A DNA stretch of 64,000 nt from Eledone cirrhosa (GCA_964016885.1 OZ024760.1:19344001-19408000), one strand, 5' to 3'. Shown: positions 40,251-54,998, counted from the first letter of the stretch. The notes: generated by a model from the sequence alone, not told the origin. Made by a program: numbers and translations.

Positions 40251-40775
40251 GTACAGTACAGTAGTTAGTATTAGTGGCTATCAGACATAGTGTATCTAGG
40301 ACTATATTATCTAATGTACAGTGCAGTAGTTAGTATTAGTGGCTATCAGACATAGTGTATCTAGGACTATATTATCTAATGTACAGTACAGTAGTTAATA
40401 TTAGTGGCTATCAGACATAGTGTATCTAGAACTATATTATCTAATGTACAGTGCAGTAGTTAGTATTAGTGGCTATCAGACATAGTGTATCTAGAACTAT
40501 ATTATCTAATGTACAGTGCAGTAGTTAGTATTAGTGGCTATCAGACATAGTGTATCTAGGACTATATTATCTAATGTACAGTGCAGTAGTTAGTATAAGT
40601 GGCTATCAGACATAGTGTATCTAGAACTATATTATCTAATGTACAGTACAGTAGTTAGTATAAGTGGCTATCAGACATAGTGTATCTAGAACTATATTAT
40701 CTAATGTACAGTACAGTAGTTAGTATAAGTGGCTATCAGACATAGTGTATCTAGAACTATATTATCTAATGTACA
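40249..40775. repeat. Minisatellite of 8 x 65 bp
   Basis: Unit ATGTACAGT(A/G)CAGTAGTTAGTATTAGTGGCTATCAGACATAGTGTATCTAG(G/A)ACTATATTATCTA. Confidence 0.95.
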
Positions 40776-40776
40776 C

Positions 40777-41095
40777 TTCTTCTTATCATATCCACAAGAG
40801 TATCAGTTACAAAGCTTGGCTAGATGTGGTTCCACTCATCAAATGTGTCCTTTCTCATCAAACTCTGCCCAATACTGTGCAGGGGTGTTCCAGTAGGGGA
40901 CATATCAGGATGTGCTGAATAGTCTGTGGTTCGATGCCGCAGTCGCACAAGGTCCCCATCCTTTAAATATCCCCATTTTGCAAGATTGACATTTGCCCGT
41001 CCAACACCAGATCTTAGTCTGTTTAGGGCATTTCCACACTGCATAGTTTGAATCTCCTCCAAGGGACAGTGCCTCGCTCGCCGTCACTAGGTAAC
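40777..41095 (-). mobile_element. LINE ORF C-terminus with CCHC-type finger (Ingi/Vingi-like)
   Basis: ALNRLRSGVGRANVNLAKWGY, frameshift, then CDCGIEPQTIQHILICPLLEHPC. Clade assignment is from recalled motifs. Confidence 0.7.
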
Positions 41096-41854
41096 GCTTT
41101 CTCCATTCGTGAATAATCTCTCTTGTTCTTATTTGAGTGTGTGGTTGCTTTAAACGTTGTTCAACGAGGCATACCCCAATCTCAATGTGCTTTCAGAGTC
41201 CTATAATTAAAGCTATCGTGTTCACCACGGGAAGAGTGTAACTTGCTGACTTTACTATTTATATTAATATTTCAATTCTGAAATACAAAGTTTCTGACAA
41301 AGTGCTGTATTTTAATCAATAGAACTAATTGGGAGGGAGGTATTGTATTTTATATTTACATAGCAAATTATGCATGGCGTTCTTGTTCTTTTTGTTGTTG
41401 GCGTTTCTCAATTCGCAATTAATTATAAAGTACATTTAACTTATAGACACAATAATATATATATATATTATATATATGTGTGTGTGTGTCTGTCCGTGTG
41501 TGTGTGTGTGTGTGTGTGTGTACGTATCTAATTATATATATATGATGGCAACTAAAGAAAGATCTCTCTCTCTCTGTATACATATATGTCTGTGTGTGTG
41601 TATGTGTATATATATTATACGTGTGTGTATGTGTGAATACATATTATACGTGTGTGTGTGTGTGTATATATGACTGAGCAAACCTCCACAGTCAGTCATT
41701 AATTCACAGGGGGGTAAAACTTTTCACTGCTTCTTAGTTCATATTTCATATCTTAAAGTGTTAATGATATACTGGAGCTATAGTGAACTACAAGAGATTC
41801 GTGTTATAACATTTATATATACACACACACACACGCACACGCACACGCACACGC

Positions 41855-41900
<46 letters not shown>

Positions 41901-41954
41901 ATAGACAGACAGATAGACAGACAGATAGATAGAGAGATAGACAGACAGACAGAC

Positions 41955-41987
<33 letters not shown>

Positions 41988-42567
41988 TGTCTGGGTATAT
42001 ATATATATATATATATAAATGTATGGATATATATATATATATATATAAATGTATGGATATATATATATATATATAAATGTATGGATATGAATGTTTATAT
42101 ATATGTATATATATATATAGAGAGAGAGAGAGAGGGAGAGAGATAATAGAAAACGAAAAATCAGTGATGCATCTGAATTCAATTTAATGTGTGTTCTAAT
42201 TGTGTTACAGCTCATACTCTGCTGTGTAAGAGCATAGAGTTCTCAACCGGCATACCGCCTATGGAAGCATCTTAGCTACCATCAGATATATATATATAGA
42301 TATATATATATATAAAGTTAAAACAATGAAATAAAAAATCAAGTCATTAGAGATATACTTCCCTGCTTTACGATCGTTTCTAGATGGTGATGATACATTG
42401 TATCTATCCTCAGTTATTGATCTATGTAAGTTTACAAACTATCAGATAGAGAGAATACTGAGATTTATCTAAACCTGAGATTTATCTGAACCTACAACAT
42501 TTTCAAAATATGGATTACATTGAGTTCTTCATACAGAATAGACCCCACTACTTACTGTGGATGCCTC

Positions 42568-42610
<43 letters not shown>

Positions 42611-42835
42611 ATGTTTAGATATATGTAAATATATATATTTCGTTTCTGAATTTGTTTAGCAAGATTCTTTATCTGAAATCGTGTGTTGAAACCGATATTG
42701 TTATACTTTGAAGTGAAAGCAACTGGTGCGTGTGTTTCTTATTGGCAACATGACCCTCCCAAAGTATAACAATAAATATATATATATATATATGGATATG
42801 AATGTTTATATATATGTAAATATATATATATATAT

Positions 42836-43133
42836 GTAGATAAATCTACCAAGAGTTTACGGTAGTGTCCAATCCGTATGAAGAACTCAATGTAATCCGG
42901 ATATCATGGAAAGAAGAGATGCAATGAAAAATCACTTTCGGTGAAAAATAAACGGAATACAGAGTCAAGATAAAATATTAAAAAAATAATGAATAAAACA
43001 ATGAAACAGTTCCTTATATTAAACAAAAAAAGTTCATTATTTAACGAATACATTATTCGTTAAATAATGAACTTTTTTTGTTTAATATAAGGAACTGTTT
43101 CATTGTTTTATTCATTATTTTTTTAATATTTTA
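42836..43133. mobile_element. Family E-related terminus with a fold-back (arms ~42970-43049 and 43054-43133)
   Basis: Near-perfect ~80-bp inverted repeat with apex TTAACGAATA CATT ATTCGTTAA. Confidence 0.75.
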
Positions 43134-43309
43134 TATATATATATATATGGATATGAATGTTTATATATATGTAAATATATATATATTTATATATGGATAT
43201 GAATGTTTATATATATGTAAATATATATATATATATATATGGATATGAATGTTTATATATATGTAAATATATATATATTTATATATGGATATGAATGTTT
43301 ATATATATG

Positions 43310-43443
<134 letters not shown>

Positions 43444-43607
43444 TTGTCTACTTTTGGCACAAGGCCAGCAATCATCTCAGTGCATTACTGGTACTTTATT
43501 TTATCACCCCCGTAAAGAGCCGTAACATTATACTGCAAAGCATGGCGTCCGACTCTCCACCGATACTGCCAATCCATTAATATATATATAACCACCCATA
43601 TGCATAC

Positions 43608-43648
<41 letters not shown>

Positions 43649-43686
43649 ATTAAATAAATGGAAACTATATTTATAAAACCATATTT

Positions 43687-43750
43687 ATTTCATTATATAT
43701 ATTTCAGGGATATCATATTAAGAATATGTTATGCCATCTTCAGACAAAAT
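43687..43750 (-). ncRNA. Hammerhead ribozyme, family B (left arm of inverted pair 43644-43931)
   Basis: Reverse complement: ATTTTGT CTGAAGA ... GAAA TATATA TA ATGAAAT. Confidence 0.8.
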
Positions 43751-43823
43751 ACAATATAAACAGTCTTATAAATAAATAGATACGACATACCTTTCAATCA
43801 CCTTGCAAGACTGTTTATATTGT

Positions 43824-43887
43824 ATTTTGTCTGAAGATGGCATAACATATTCTTAATATGATATCACTGAAATATATATAACGAAAT
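43824..43887 (+). ncRNA. Hammerhead ribozyme, family B (right arm)
   Basis: ATTTTGT CTGAAGA TGGCATAACATATTCTTAATATGATATCACT GAAA TATATA TA ACGAAAT. Confidence 0.8.
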
Positions 43888-44343
43888 AAATATGGTTTTA
43901 TAAATATAGTTTCCATTTATTTAATATCATAAATATACTCCAAATACTTGTTGAGTGCTTTTATATCAGTTATAAATATTTACTCGTTGTTAACCCAACA
44001 ATTTAAATATAACTTTCCATATATATATATATATATATATACATAATTCTGTCATGAGCTTGTATGACCACCCTCTTTCTTTCTTTCTCTCTCTCTCTTT
44101 CTCTCTCTCTAGAGAGAGAGAAAGTAGGGCCCCTAATATATGTTACAGCAAGGTTAAATATAGATTCATATTCTTCACTAAACTTCCTATTTTCTATTGT
44201 ATATGTGTTCTATATTACACTTGTTGCTATTTCTGTAACGTTACTTGTTAAATTAGGGATATTTACCGATATTTATATATTGCACATAGTTCACATCACC
44301 ATATTTTACTTATCAGAGCCTTAACAATTCTCTCTTCTTCACT

Positions 44344-44381
<38 letters not shown>

Positions 44382-44382
44382 G

Positions 44383-44545
44383 AAGGCGTGTGGCTGAGTG
44401 GTTAGATAATTGGATTCGCAATCGTAAGGTTGTGAGTTCGATTCCTGGACAGGGCGATGCGTTATGTCCTTGAGCAAGACACTTTATTTCACGTTGCTCC
44501 TTCTACCTGGAGTTGCGACCGATAGATAGTATTAGCAATTGGAAA
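44383..44545 (+). mobile_element. tRNA-derived SINE S2 (others at ~45305-45593 plus and 59700-59835 minus)
   Basis: A box TGGCTGAGTGG, B box GAGTTCGATTCC, CORE-like GTCCTTGAGCAAGACACTT. Confidence 0.8.
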
Positions 44546-44687
44546 GACCAACGGAAACATTGTTTCGTCGGTCCGATTTGACGAAAGTCGATCGTTCCTA
44601 AAATATATTTATATATATATATATATATATACAGATTAAAATTTAAGCAAAGAATCGCTTCTTTCACCCTACGGGATCTTCTGAAAC

Positions 44688-44736
<49 letters not shown>

Positions 44737-44967
44737 GGATGAACATCTATACAATTATAGAAGTGTTCGGATTGTAAATGACCAAGTTAGCTAGGTTGAA
44801 AAAATACTAATTTAACATAATATGGTTTGCCCGTCTCGATTTATATATATGTAATCCTTATCGAGCCCTTTTATTATATTAGTTTTCACGTCTATTATTA
44901 CTATATATATATATATATATATATACGATATTAAATAAATGGAAACTATATTTATAAAACCATATTT

Positions 44968-45030
44968 ATTTCATTATACATATTTCAGGGATACCAAATT
45001 AAAAAATGGTATGCCTTCATCAGACAAAAT
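44968..45030 (-). ncRNA. Hammerhead ribozyme, family B
   Basis: Reverse complement: ATTTTGT CTGATGA AGGCATACCA..TGGTATCCCT GAAA TATGTA TA ATGAAAT. Confidence 0.8.
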
Positions 45031-45192
45031 ACAATATATAAACAGTTTTATAAATAATTTTGATGTACCCTATTAGATGCGACCATTATTTTTGGAAGCT
45101 GTCTGGATATCTACTCCAAAAACTTGTCGAGTGCTTTATATCAGTTATAAAATATTTACTTGTTGTATCCCAACAATTTTAAATAGAACTTT

Positions 45193-45233
<41 letters not shown>

Positions 45234-45819
45234 AGTGGGTAAAGATCACCTTCGGTCACGAATGACCATGGGATTTGTACCTAGAAAGTTCTCTATGCGT
45301 CGGGCTTACAATCGTGAGGTTGCGAGTTCGATTCTCGGACTGGTCTTTGCGTTGTGTTCTTGAGCAAGTCACTTTATCTCACCTTGCTCCAGTTTACTCA
45401 GCTGTAGAAATGAGTTGTGACATCACTGGTGCCAAGCTGTATCGGCCATTGCCTTTCCCTTGCACAACATCGGTGGCGTGGAGGGGGGAGACTGGGTTAC
45501 ATGTGTGACTGCTGGTCATCCACAAAAGAACCTTGACCGAACTTGTGCGTTAGGGGGGAACTGTCTTGGTGCAAATCCCATGGTTATTCGTCATACCCTA
45601 GTTATTTAACTATTAACATCTTAACAATTTACCTAACAATCCGTCTCCCACCCAATCCATCTCTCTCTCTCTCTCCCCTATATTATTTAAACTTGACTCT
45701 ATGGTTTACATGCAATGAATAACATCTAGAATGTGGAGTACTAACTTCAAAAATGGTCTCCGTAATTTAACTAGTAATATCTTATCAATTTATTTACCTA
45801 TCTACCCCAGTCTATCCCA

Positions 45820-45890
<71 letters not shown>

Positions 45891-46907
45891 CTGAATTATT
45901 TTCAATTTCACCGTTACAGTGCGATGAAAGAATTAATTCTCCTTCTTGTGGTTTATCAAGAGGAAGACATCGTGTGATAACCTATCCCTTATCAACCTAT
46001 CTTTATGAGAAAATAACCATTCTGAACCCTAGGAAACTGACAAAACACTCCTCCTCGTCATACAATACTTCCTATATTTTAACAGTAAAGTGTATTTATG
46101 CCTGGGTCACCAAGGTCGGGGTCATAATGACTCCATTGCAGCGCCAGTAATGAGCAACGAACTCAGGATAGCTTAGTCTTTAGCCATCATGTTTTCCCAG
46201 CTGTGACTGAAGAACCGAACAAGGACGTAGTAGCCATTTCAACTGCGTGGTTTACAGCTGGTATAACCATTATTATAACATACATTTTTGATGGTTTATT
46301 CTTCCGGTTTTACATGAGAAAGAAATGTACATTTAGGTTGTAAAATCTCTCAGGCATATGCTTATTCGGCTATTTCAATTTTACTTCCAAAAATGTGTTT
46401 CTTCCTCACGGCTGGCTTCCACTGTCTTCCTCTTTAAATGATCACGCAACTCTGCCACAATATGAAATTGTTCTATCACTGTGATGTTTTAGCTTGATTC
46501 TGGCAGATTCTTGGGTGAAAATCTCCCGTTTGCATTATCACCGAACTCTGGCTGATGATTCGTTACGTCAGTCCCTGTTATTAGATATTTGTATTTTTTG
46601 GAAATATTGCATGACTTCTGTGTGTAGTGCATGGTGATGTATCTGTTCCATATAGAACGTATCATTGAAACTACTGTTCGAAACACGTAGGTGTACCCCA
46701 ACTAAGTTGTCTATCTGTTGATTAACCTATAGTGCCCACTCTGGCTTGCAAATTCGGTAAACATTATATATATTTTAATGCGTAGAAATGTCCATGATCT
46801 CCAGAAGACAACTAATGAAAGAAAATTACCCCCGTTGGTGCTTTCTTCTTATTTATAAATACACTTTATCCACCAACAACACGGCCCCTGTTCCTTCACA
46901 TTTAATG

Positions 46908-46944
<37 letters not shown>

Positions 46945-47023
46945 AATAAATTATCGAGAATCGGAATTTCGGCCCACGAAATAACGAAACACAATCTTCG
47001 AAATGTATATATATATATATATA

Positions 47024-47305
47024 TAAGCAAATGAATCAATGAAGGAGTTACAATCCGTTAAAACAAGTTCTTTATATAGCTATATAAAGAACTTGTTATA
47101 ACGGCTTGTAACTCTTTCTTTCATTCATTTGCTTATTCCCGCTCTGCTTGAACTATACGCTAGAAATTAAATCTCCTCTAATATTTAACTCTGCTAACCC
47201 AATCATTGAGCACACCGCGCTTCGGCTATTGGTATTTAGTAATCTGTATCGCACTTCTCTCTACTTCCTCCTCCCCTTCCTCCTCCCCTACGATACTTAT
47301 ACCGC

Positions 47306-47310
<5 letters not shown>
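47024..47310. mobile_element. (TA)n-flanked fold-back element, family N
   Basis: Imperfect ~55-bp arms centred on TATATAGCTATATA (47072-47085), with downstream TTGAGCAC at 47206. Confidence 0.6.
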
Positions 47311-47334
<24 letters not shown>

Positions 47335-47339
<5 letters not shown>

Positions 47340-47559
47340 TGTATATATAGTGTATTTTGCAATACACTGTATGCTTGATAAAAAGCATTTTGAAGACCTT
47401 ATGCTATTGTTTTAGAGTAGTGACAGACTCACTTACTTTAATTTCAGCAAACAGGGGGAGATAAAGCTGACAAGGCCTTGTTTCTGCATTTATTGATGCT
47501 TATCAAAGCTTTTTATCAAGCATACAGTGTATTGCAAAATACACTATATATACATTCAT
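47335..47559. mobile_element. TA-flanked MITE-like element with perfect ~51-bp inverted termini
   Basis: TGAATGTATATATAGTGTATTTTGCAATACACTGTATGCTTGATAAAAAGC and its reverse complement at ~47508-47559. Confidence 0.7.
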
Positions 47560-47595
47560 ATATATATATATAGCTATTTCAGAGCAACAATTCTA

Positions 47596-47648
<53 letters not shown>

Positions 47649-48094
47649 GCGAATATCAAAAGGCCAAAATCAGAAAGAATTCAGTAAAGGATGAATATAT
47701 TAACGATGTAGTTTTCCAAAAGTGCAACTTTTCTTTCAGACTTGCTGAATTTCAGGTCATTGTATAATTATTTATAGTGCTTCTGGCTATGTACGATGTT
47801 TAATAATGCTTTGTTTTACTCAATATTTTCCTCTAAATTCAAATAACTTAAGTATTGTATAGAAACATTTGTAAAGTTATTAAATCTACTCTATCATCTC
47901 ATTTTTGTTATATATATATATATATATAAGTCCCAAGGCTCTGATACCATCAACACTATAAACACAGAGCTGGCATATCTAAGAACTGACTAACTGCTTG
48001 ATGAGGTCATAGCCATTCAATGGCTATCATCGAAATATATATAGCAGTAAATAAAGGATTATGAGTTCATGCAATTGACTTATGTTTCGTCACT

Positions 48095-48505
48095 ATATAT
48101 ATATATATATATGAATATATATATAGCGTATAAATCCATATATATAAATATATATATATCCATATATATGAATATATATATAGCGTATAAATCCATATAT
48201 ATAAATATATATATATCCATATATATGAATATATATATAGCGTATAAATCCATATATATAAATATATATATATCCATATATATATGAATATATATACAGC
48301 GTATAAATCCATATATATAAATATATATATATCCATATATGTATATGAATATATATATAGCGTATAAATCCATATATATAAATATATATATATCCATATA
48401 TATATTTATGAATATATATATAGCGTATAAATCCATATATATATATAAATAAATATATCTCCATATATATGAATATATATATAGCGTATAAGTCCATATA
48501 TATAA
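48095..48505. repeat. TA-rich minisatellite of ~7 x 56-63 bp
   Basis: AGCGTATAAATCC recurs at 48126, 48182, 48239, 48298, 48359 and 48422, with a variant at 48483. Confidence 0.9.
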
Positions 48506-48975
48506 CGTGTGCAAATGTAGTTATATCTCATTGGTCAATACCATATTACCGTCTGCTGGTAACAATTGTCACTTTGTTCTGATAACCAAAACATACGTTC
48601 CTTTGTTTTTTTTTAGAATTAATCACTTTAGCAGACGACCCTCTATCTTCTTAGCTACGATTATCTTCGAATCTGAATAAATTAACTTCAATTTGGATGA
48701 ATTAATCATTTTGTAAATATTTATTTACATAATATTCATAATTTGGTTAATTGTTCATGTCTTTATGCGCAATAAGATTCTTTTTATTTATTCAACCCAG
48801 ATATAGCTATGTAAGGCATTGGACTTAATACGTAAACTATTGTGTGCCAATGACATCATATATATCTATCTATATATATAGGAAAAGAGTCAAAACTCGA
48901 CGGCTGAGCTCGAGCAGTTTCGACAGCTAGATCCGAACTATATATATATATATATATAATATATATATATATATA

Positions 48976-49073
48976 CAGGCTATCCTCCCAAAATATATAC
49001 ACACTTTGATTACCTGTACAGACAATACTTAAAATGCTGTTGATGTTTGTATACATTTTTTGGGAATACCCTG
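48976..49073. mobile_element. Tc1/mariner-type MITE of ~100 bp in a TA context
   Basis: 5' CAGGCTATCCTCCCAAAATATATAC against 3' reverse complement CAGGGTATTCCCAAAAAATGTATAC. A related lone terminus lies at ~51345-51377. Confidence 0.6.
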
Positions 49074-50428
49074 TGTATATATATATATATATATATAGCA
49101 ATAATAATTAAGGAGATATATATGTATGTATGTGTATAATTCGAGTATATAATAAAAAAATATGTTCACTGTATCCGTTTAATGTGATCATATTGAAGCA
49201 GTAACGTTTAGATAACAATATTCAGTTCTGTAACATTGTCTACGATTATAAAAAATGACGTTTTCACTAAGTTTAAAATAAATTTGTAGAAACAAAATCC
49301 AAAATTGAAAACACTTAAATAGAGTCGTAGAGAAAAACAAAAATCCCAAAATCAAAAGAAAATAATAATTTAAAAATTTAAAATCCTTCCCATACATTTT
49401 AGCCTGAATCCTTATAAGTTTTACTCCAACAAATTTTTAAAATAATTGAATAATTTAAAAATATTTATGACATGAAATCTAACCATAACATCCCCCACCA
49501 CTTTGTCCAAAATGAAAAGCAGAACTATTAGCTTAGGCGTTGCCATCCTATTTTTATGACTCAAACAATGAGAGTACGTGTGAATAGATATTATTTACAT
49601 ATATTGTGAAAGTATATAATTCGGACTATATATATATATATATATATACATATACAGAAAATGATAAAAATTGTACAACCCCAGAGCTTTTGCACACTTC
49701 CCTTTATTTTCAGTTTTTTAAATATCTGTGATTTTATTGTTATTTGGAATAGATTTGTTTATGATATTTTTTTTTTAAATAAATTAACTATTTAATATGT
49801 AAAAAAATATTTATATATAAATATATATGTTGGATTAATTAAAATATCCGACAAAATGCTTTGCGACTCTTTATTTATAAATCGCTATATTCTAGTTCAA
49901 ATCCCACTGGGGTTAGCTTTGCCTTCCATCCTTACGGGGTCGATAACATAAAGTACCAGTAACCCACTAGGGTCGATTTAATCGACTTTCCTTTTCCTAA
50001 AAATTATTGGCCTTGTGCCTAAATCAGAAACCATTATCTCAAATGGGTCGTGTCGAAAATGCTTGATTAAGCAAGATATCTTATTTCTTAGTATATGTTT
50101 AATTAATTATTACTATTTTTTTTTTTTTTCTAGGAATTAAATCTTTCGCGACTCGTAAATAAATAATTCCTTGCTTTGAGAGAAGCAATAGAAAAGATTG
50201 CGTTTCTTTATAATTGGTAATAACCTTGAACGTCAGAAAGATCTTTTTATTTTTCGCTCAAAGAGAAGCACTCACGTAAGCTGTAAAAATCTACTAGAAT
50301 CCTCGAGGCGCCAAAAAAGATAAGCCGAATAATGTGTAGGCGACAGAATCTACAGACGTTTTGACACGTGACCAAACAATGTTAGTTCTCTCTAAATGTT
50401 TCTCTCCGACCGTAAGTGACTCGAGCTA

Positions 50429-50676
50429 GGCGGCGAATTAGCAGAGTCATTAGAACATCGGATTGAATTCTTTGTAGCATTCATTTCGACTTTCTGCTCT
50501 CTGAGTTGAAATCCTGCCCAGGTCAACTTAACCTTTCATCCCATCACGGTCGATGAAAAAACGTACCAGTCAACTACTGAGATTCGATTCTTCATCTATA
50601 TCTCTTTTTCACTTCCTTTCTCTCACTATCTTTATCCTCCTCAGATTTCTCTGGAAGAAATCTGCTGTATTCAGAC
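50429..50676 (+). mobile_element. Diverged SINE with S1 head and core but the alternative tail found in the 60-1000 array
   Basis: Ends in GAAGAAATCTGCTGTATTCAGA, the reverse complement of the array unit end. Confidence 0.7.
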
Positions 50677-51137
50677 ATGGAGAGGAGTTGGGCTCCACCA
50701 GGTTTTTTTTATAAAATGCCCTAGAAACGCCGTATGACAATATGGCGGCACTACAACTCCTTCAGAAATGATATGCCCTTTCCATACTATACCATACCGT
50801 ACCATACCATACCAAGCGACTAAAGACTTGAAGTTTCCAAATACAATTAATTATTCCCATTTGAACTCTATTTCAACCGAAGTTTCTTTCCTATTTTTAA
50901 GTAAAGTAAATACACTGGAAAAATGTTAATAAACGAAGAAATCCTCAATGGGTGACTCCTTTATATAAATATTTAGATATGCTGGTATTTTATCTAATAT
51001 GATCTGTATTTACTGTATTTTCTCTCATTTTCTAACAGTTCCAATGTTCCAATGGGCTTTTATTATTGTTTGGTCTGCAGGACTAACTTTAGACTTTAGA
51101 AATATAGTTATTTTGGAGACACCGAAATACGTTAGCA

Positions 51138-51210
<73 letters not shown>

Positions 51211-51217
51211 ACATATA

Positions 51218-51282
<65 letters not shown>

Positions 51283-52063
51283 ATATATATGTATATGTGT
51301 GTGTGTATATATATATATATACACAATTTTTATACACGCTGTTAAAGTGTATATACATTTTTAGAGGAGACCCTCTATATATGAATGCAATCTATAATAA
51401 GGATTCAATCGTGTTTATATTTCATCCATGGTTGTCTTACCCCAAGAACAGTACATTTCTTATTATAAGTACAGCAGTGAATAATAAGTTTATCATAAAT
51501 AAATTAATCCTTAAAAGCCGGGAAAATCTTAAATGTTTCCGTTGTATTGTCAGTATCAGTAGAGGGTCGGACGCCATGCTTTCCAGCATAGTTACGTCCC
51601 TTTACGATCTGAGTTCAAATCCCGCCGAGGTTGACTTTGCCTTTCATCCTTACGGGGTCGATAAAATAAAGTACCAGTAATTCACTGGTGTAGTTGCTGG
51701 CCTTGTAGAAACAATTACTATATTACTTAGTTGACCATTATGCAAATATATCTCTTACCATCCTCTGGGGAGACGCCTTCTCTATTCTGTCCGCTGGGGC
51801 TGTGGGGAGGCCATCAATATGATTATTTAACCCTTTAATTACCATATTTCTAATGGAATCTTTACTGTCTATAGATCTCTTCTGAGCTACTTTAATGTAA
51901 TAGCAAGCTTGGCCACATTTTACTACTAGTACTGTAGATACATAATATAACATTTTTGAGATACTTGAAAAGAGGATAAAATAATGCAAACATTATATTA
52001 GGTTAATAATAGGTTAATAAAGGGTTAATTAGGTTAATAATAGGTTAATAATAGGTTAATAAA

Positions 52064-52252
52064 GGGTGGTGGATTGGCAGTATCGGTAGAGGGTCGGACG
52101 CCATGCTTTCCAGCATAGTTACGTCCCTTAACGATCTGAGTTCAAATCCCGCCGAGGTTGACTTTGCCTTTCATCCTTACGGGGTCGATAAAATAAAGTA
52201 CCAGTAGTGCACTGTGTAATTGCTGGCCTTGTGCCTAAAGTAGAAACAATTA
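52064..52252 (+). mobile_element. Full-length SINE S1 next to a short (GGTTAATAATA)n expansion of its target site
   Basis: A box TGGCAGTATCGG, B box, core and tail. TATATTAGGTTAATAATA lies on both sides. Confidence 0.9.
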
Positions 52253-52393
52253 TATTAGGTTAATAATAATTTTGAATTTAAGCACAATACTAGCTGCAAT
52301 TTTAGGGAAGACTAGCCCACCTGTGACCCATTGTGTCACGTTCCCTTAAGAATATTTTTTTTTAAATCATGTTCACTTAAAAATAATTTTTAC

Positions 52394-52481
<88 letters not shown>

Positions 52482-52981
52482 CTTATCTCTCTCTTTATCT
52501 CTCTATCTTTCACTCTACTCTCGCACAACCACTATCTGTTTCTCTCTATCTTTCTCTCTTTCTATTTATGAAGGTATTCGGAAAGAACCCGTGCTCCGAT
52601 TTACGCGAAATTTGTTTTATTCCATTTATATTCCTATTTCAGGGGCAACTTCCTTTCAAAGTTTTGAGTGTATTAAATTAGAGACAAGACACATTCACAG
52701 AGTTTTAGTAGTATCTAGATAGAGTAGAAAATCGCTGAACAGGGATATTAATATTTGGGTGGTATATATTTATTTATCAACTCCAGTAGGTTGAAAGCTG
52801 ACCTCGAGAATCGTTAAATGTAATCCGGTAAGACTTAACCACAATGTATAAAGTAGTAGCGTGTTATGGTACCAGATGTGGCAAAAGTTCTTTAAAATAT
52901 TTCCAGACAAAATGTTTAAGGGATGCCATCTCAATAAAGAATATGTATTGTAGAAATAGGCACGCGTATACAAACACAGGT

Positions 52982-53031
<50 letters not shown>

Positions 53032-53062
53032 AGATCAAAAGATGGTTAAAAGAGTTCCATGT

Positions 53063-53131
53063 ATTTTATTATGCGCATTTCAAAAACAAATATCATCATG
53101 CGATGACATTTGCGTTTTCGTCAGATAAAAT
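53063..53131 (-). ncRNA. Hammerhead ribozyme, family A
   Basis: Reverse complement: ATTTTAT CTGACGA ... GAAA TGCGCA TA ATAAAAT. Confidence 0.85.
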
Positions 53132-53278
53132 GGAGAGACAAGGTTAAAAATAGAGATGAAGGTTAAAAAACACTTGTGAATAGTGCAGTTTTAAATCAAC
53201 ATATGAAAAGTAATTTAAGATTTATGTCTGATATTGGGAAAAAAATGAGGTGGGGGAGGTTGGAAAGGATGAAAAAGA

Positions 53279-53315
<37 letters not shown>

Positions 53316-53464
53316 GTAGGAGGTGAGTTTTATTGTAGTACAATAACATTCTTTACTCTCATCTACTCCTCTTTTTCATCCTTTCCACCCCACCCACCAC
53401 CCTCATTTTTTTTCAAAATATCACACATCAATCTTAAATTACTTTTCATATGTTGATATATATA

Positions 53465-53514
<50 letters not shown>

Positions 53515-53524
53515 GTATGTTAGT

Positions 53525-54035
53525 CGGGTGCTACTGGTGACATGTAACCCAGTACAACCTGTCTCATAGTCGGGTCGTCGGCGACTAAACCGGCAACCAC
53601 ACCAAGCTAGCTTGGTGAGGAAGTTGATATTTGTACACCCTGTGGGATGAAATACAAGACCTGGCAAAGGGCAGAGGAACTCAGCAGAGTCAAGGACCAT
53701 CCAAATATTACTTTTTTTTAACCTGCGAGTGAAAGGCCCCCAGTTGTTGTCACAACACCTTTCTAAGAGAGGGAAACTGAAAAGAAAACCTACGGCTTCA
53801 GAAGCATCCGATGATGTTAACCAGTTCTCCTTTTCGGGTAGTGTTTTCGATGCCCTGAGAGTGGGATTGGTCGAGTGCAAGGCCTTTCCCCACTTTAAGA
53901 AACCTTCAAAGCACAGGCATTGCTTGTTCAGGATATATTACAGCTTTGTGTGACTGGTCGTAGCATAAAGGTGCACCAAACTCTATAATCTGACAAACGA
54001 TTGCAGTACTCTTAGCAGAGTGTGTTTGCAGCCAT
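53525..54035 (+). mobile_element. RTE-like 5' UTR-type repeat, copy 3
   Basis: Collinear with 28185-28790. Confidence 0.6.
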
Positions 54036-54036
54036 C

Positions 54037-54070
<34 letters not shown>

Positions 54071-54710
54071 CTGTCTGTGTGAATGTAGAGACATACCTAC
54101 ATTTAAGTATACATTAAATATATATATTTAATCATATTTTTTTCAATCTATTTTCAATCATATATTTCAAACATATTTTATTATTTGTTTGACCCGAATA
54201 GCTTGCTCGCTTCTATGGCTTTGCGATTAATGGTTTAACCATCGTCCCAGTGTGCTTGGCCTTTTAACGTATATTGTAGCTCTAGTTCACTCGTTTCTAT
54301 TGAGCACTTGCCACACATTTCGGAAGTTGTTTTTCGTTAATTTCCAATAGCTGATTTATATTTAGATATATATATATATTACCGCTGATGACATATATAT
54401 ACATACATAAAACACATACAACTGTTAAAAAACTCTAAATAAACTTTGTGATTATATCTCTCTATATATTATGTGGATGTATAGAAAAGTGTTTGTATTT
54501 CATTTTTTCTCTTATCTCAACTAATTCTGAGGGAAAAGGGAGAATTATATAGGGAGGAAAAATAACACAATTTGCAAAAATTCCCCTGATCTTGCAACTT
54601 CTAAAACAATTCATTTCAACATCTGCATATTATATATTTATTAATGCAGCCTATATATTATTACAAGCTCGTTTGCGTATAATGCTATGCCATTATATAT
54701 ATGGACACAC

Positions 54711-54758
<48 letters not shown>

Positions 54759-54963
54759 TTACATACACTCACACAGATATATATGTATGTTTGTATATAT
54801 GTCTGTGTACATATATATATATAGTTATATATATATATATATGTGTGTGTGTACATACATACACTCACACAGATATATATATAATGTATTTATATATGTG
54901 TACGTATATATTATGTATGTGTACGTATATATTATGTATATGTATATATTACGTATGTGTGTC

Positions 54964-54998
<35 letters not shown>

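Noticed and set aside
40249-40775. Regular repeats resembling a CRISPR array (also 7000-7625)
   Set aside because: The units are contiguous and near-identical, with no unique spacers and no cas genes, in a eukaryotic context.
44383-44470. tRNA gene (also the S1 heads)
   Set aside because: A and B boxes are present, but there is no full cloverleaf and the sequence continues into a SINE body.
46100-46730. Possible decayed DNA-transposon coding sequence
   Set aside because: Higher-complexity sequence, but no transposase motif that I could support in any frame.
53527-53620. Twister ribozyme reading of CGAC-TAA-ACCG-GC
   Set aside because: The required L1/L4 pseudoknot elements could not be placed.
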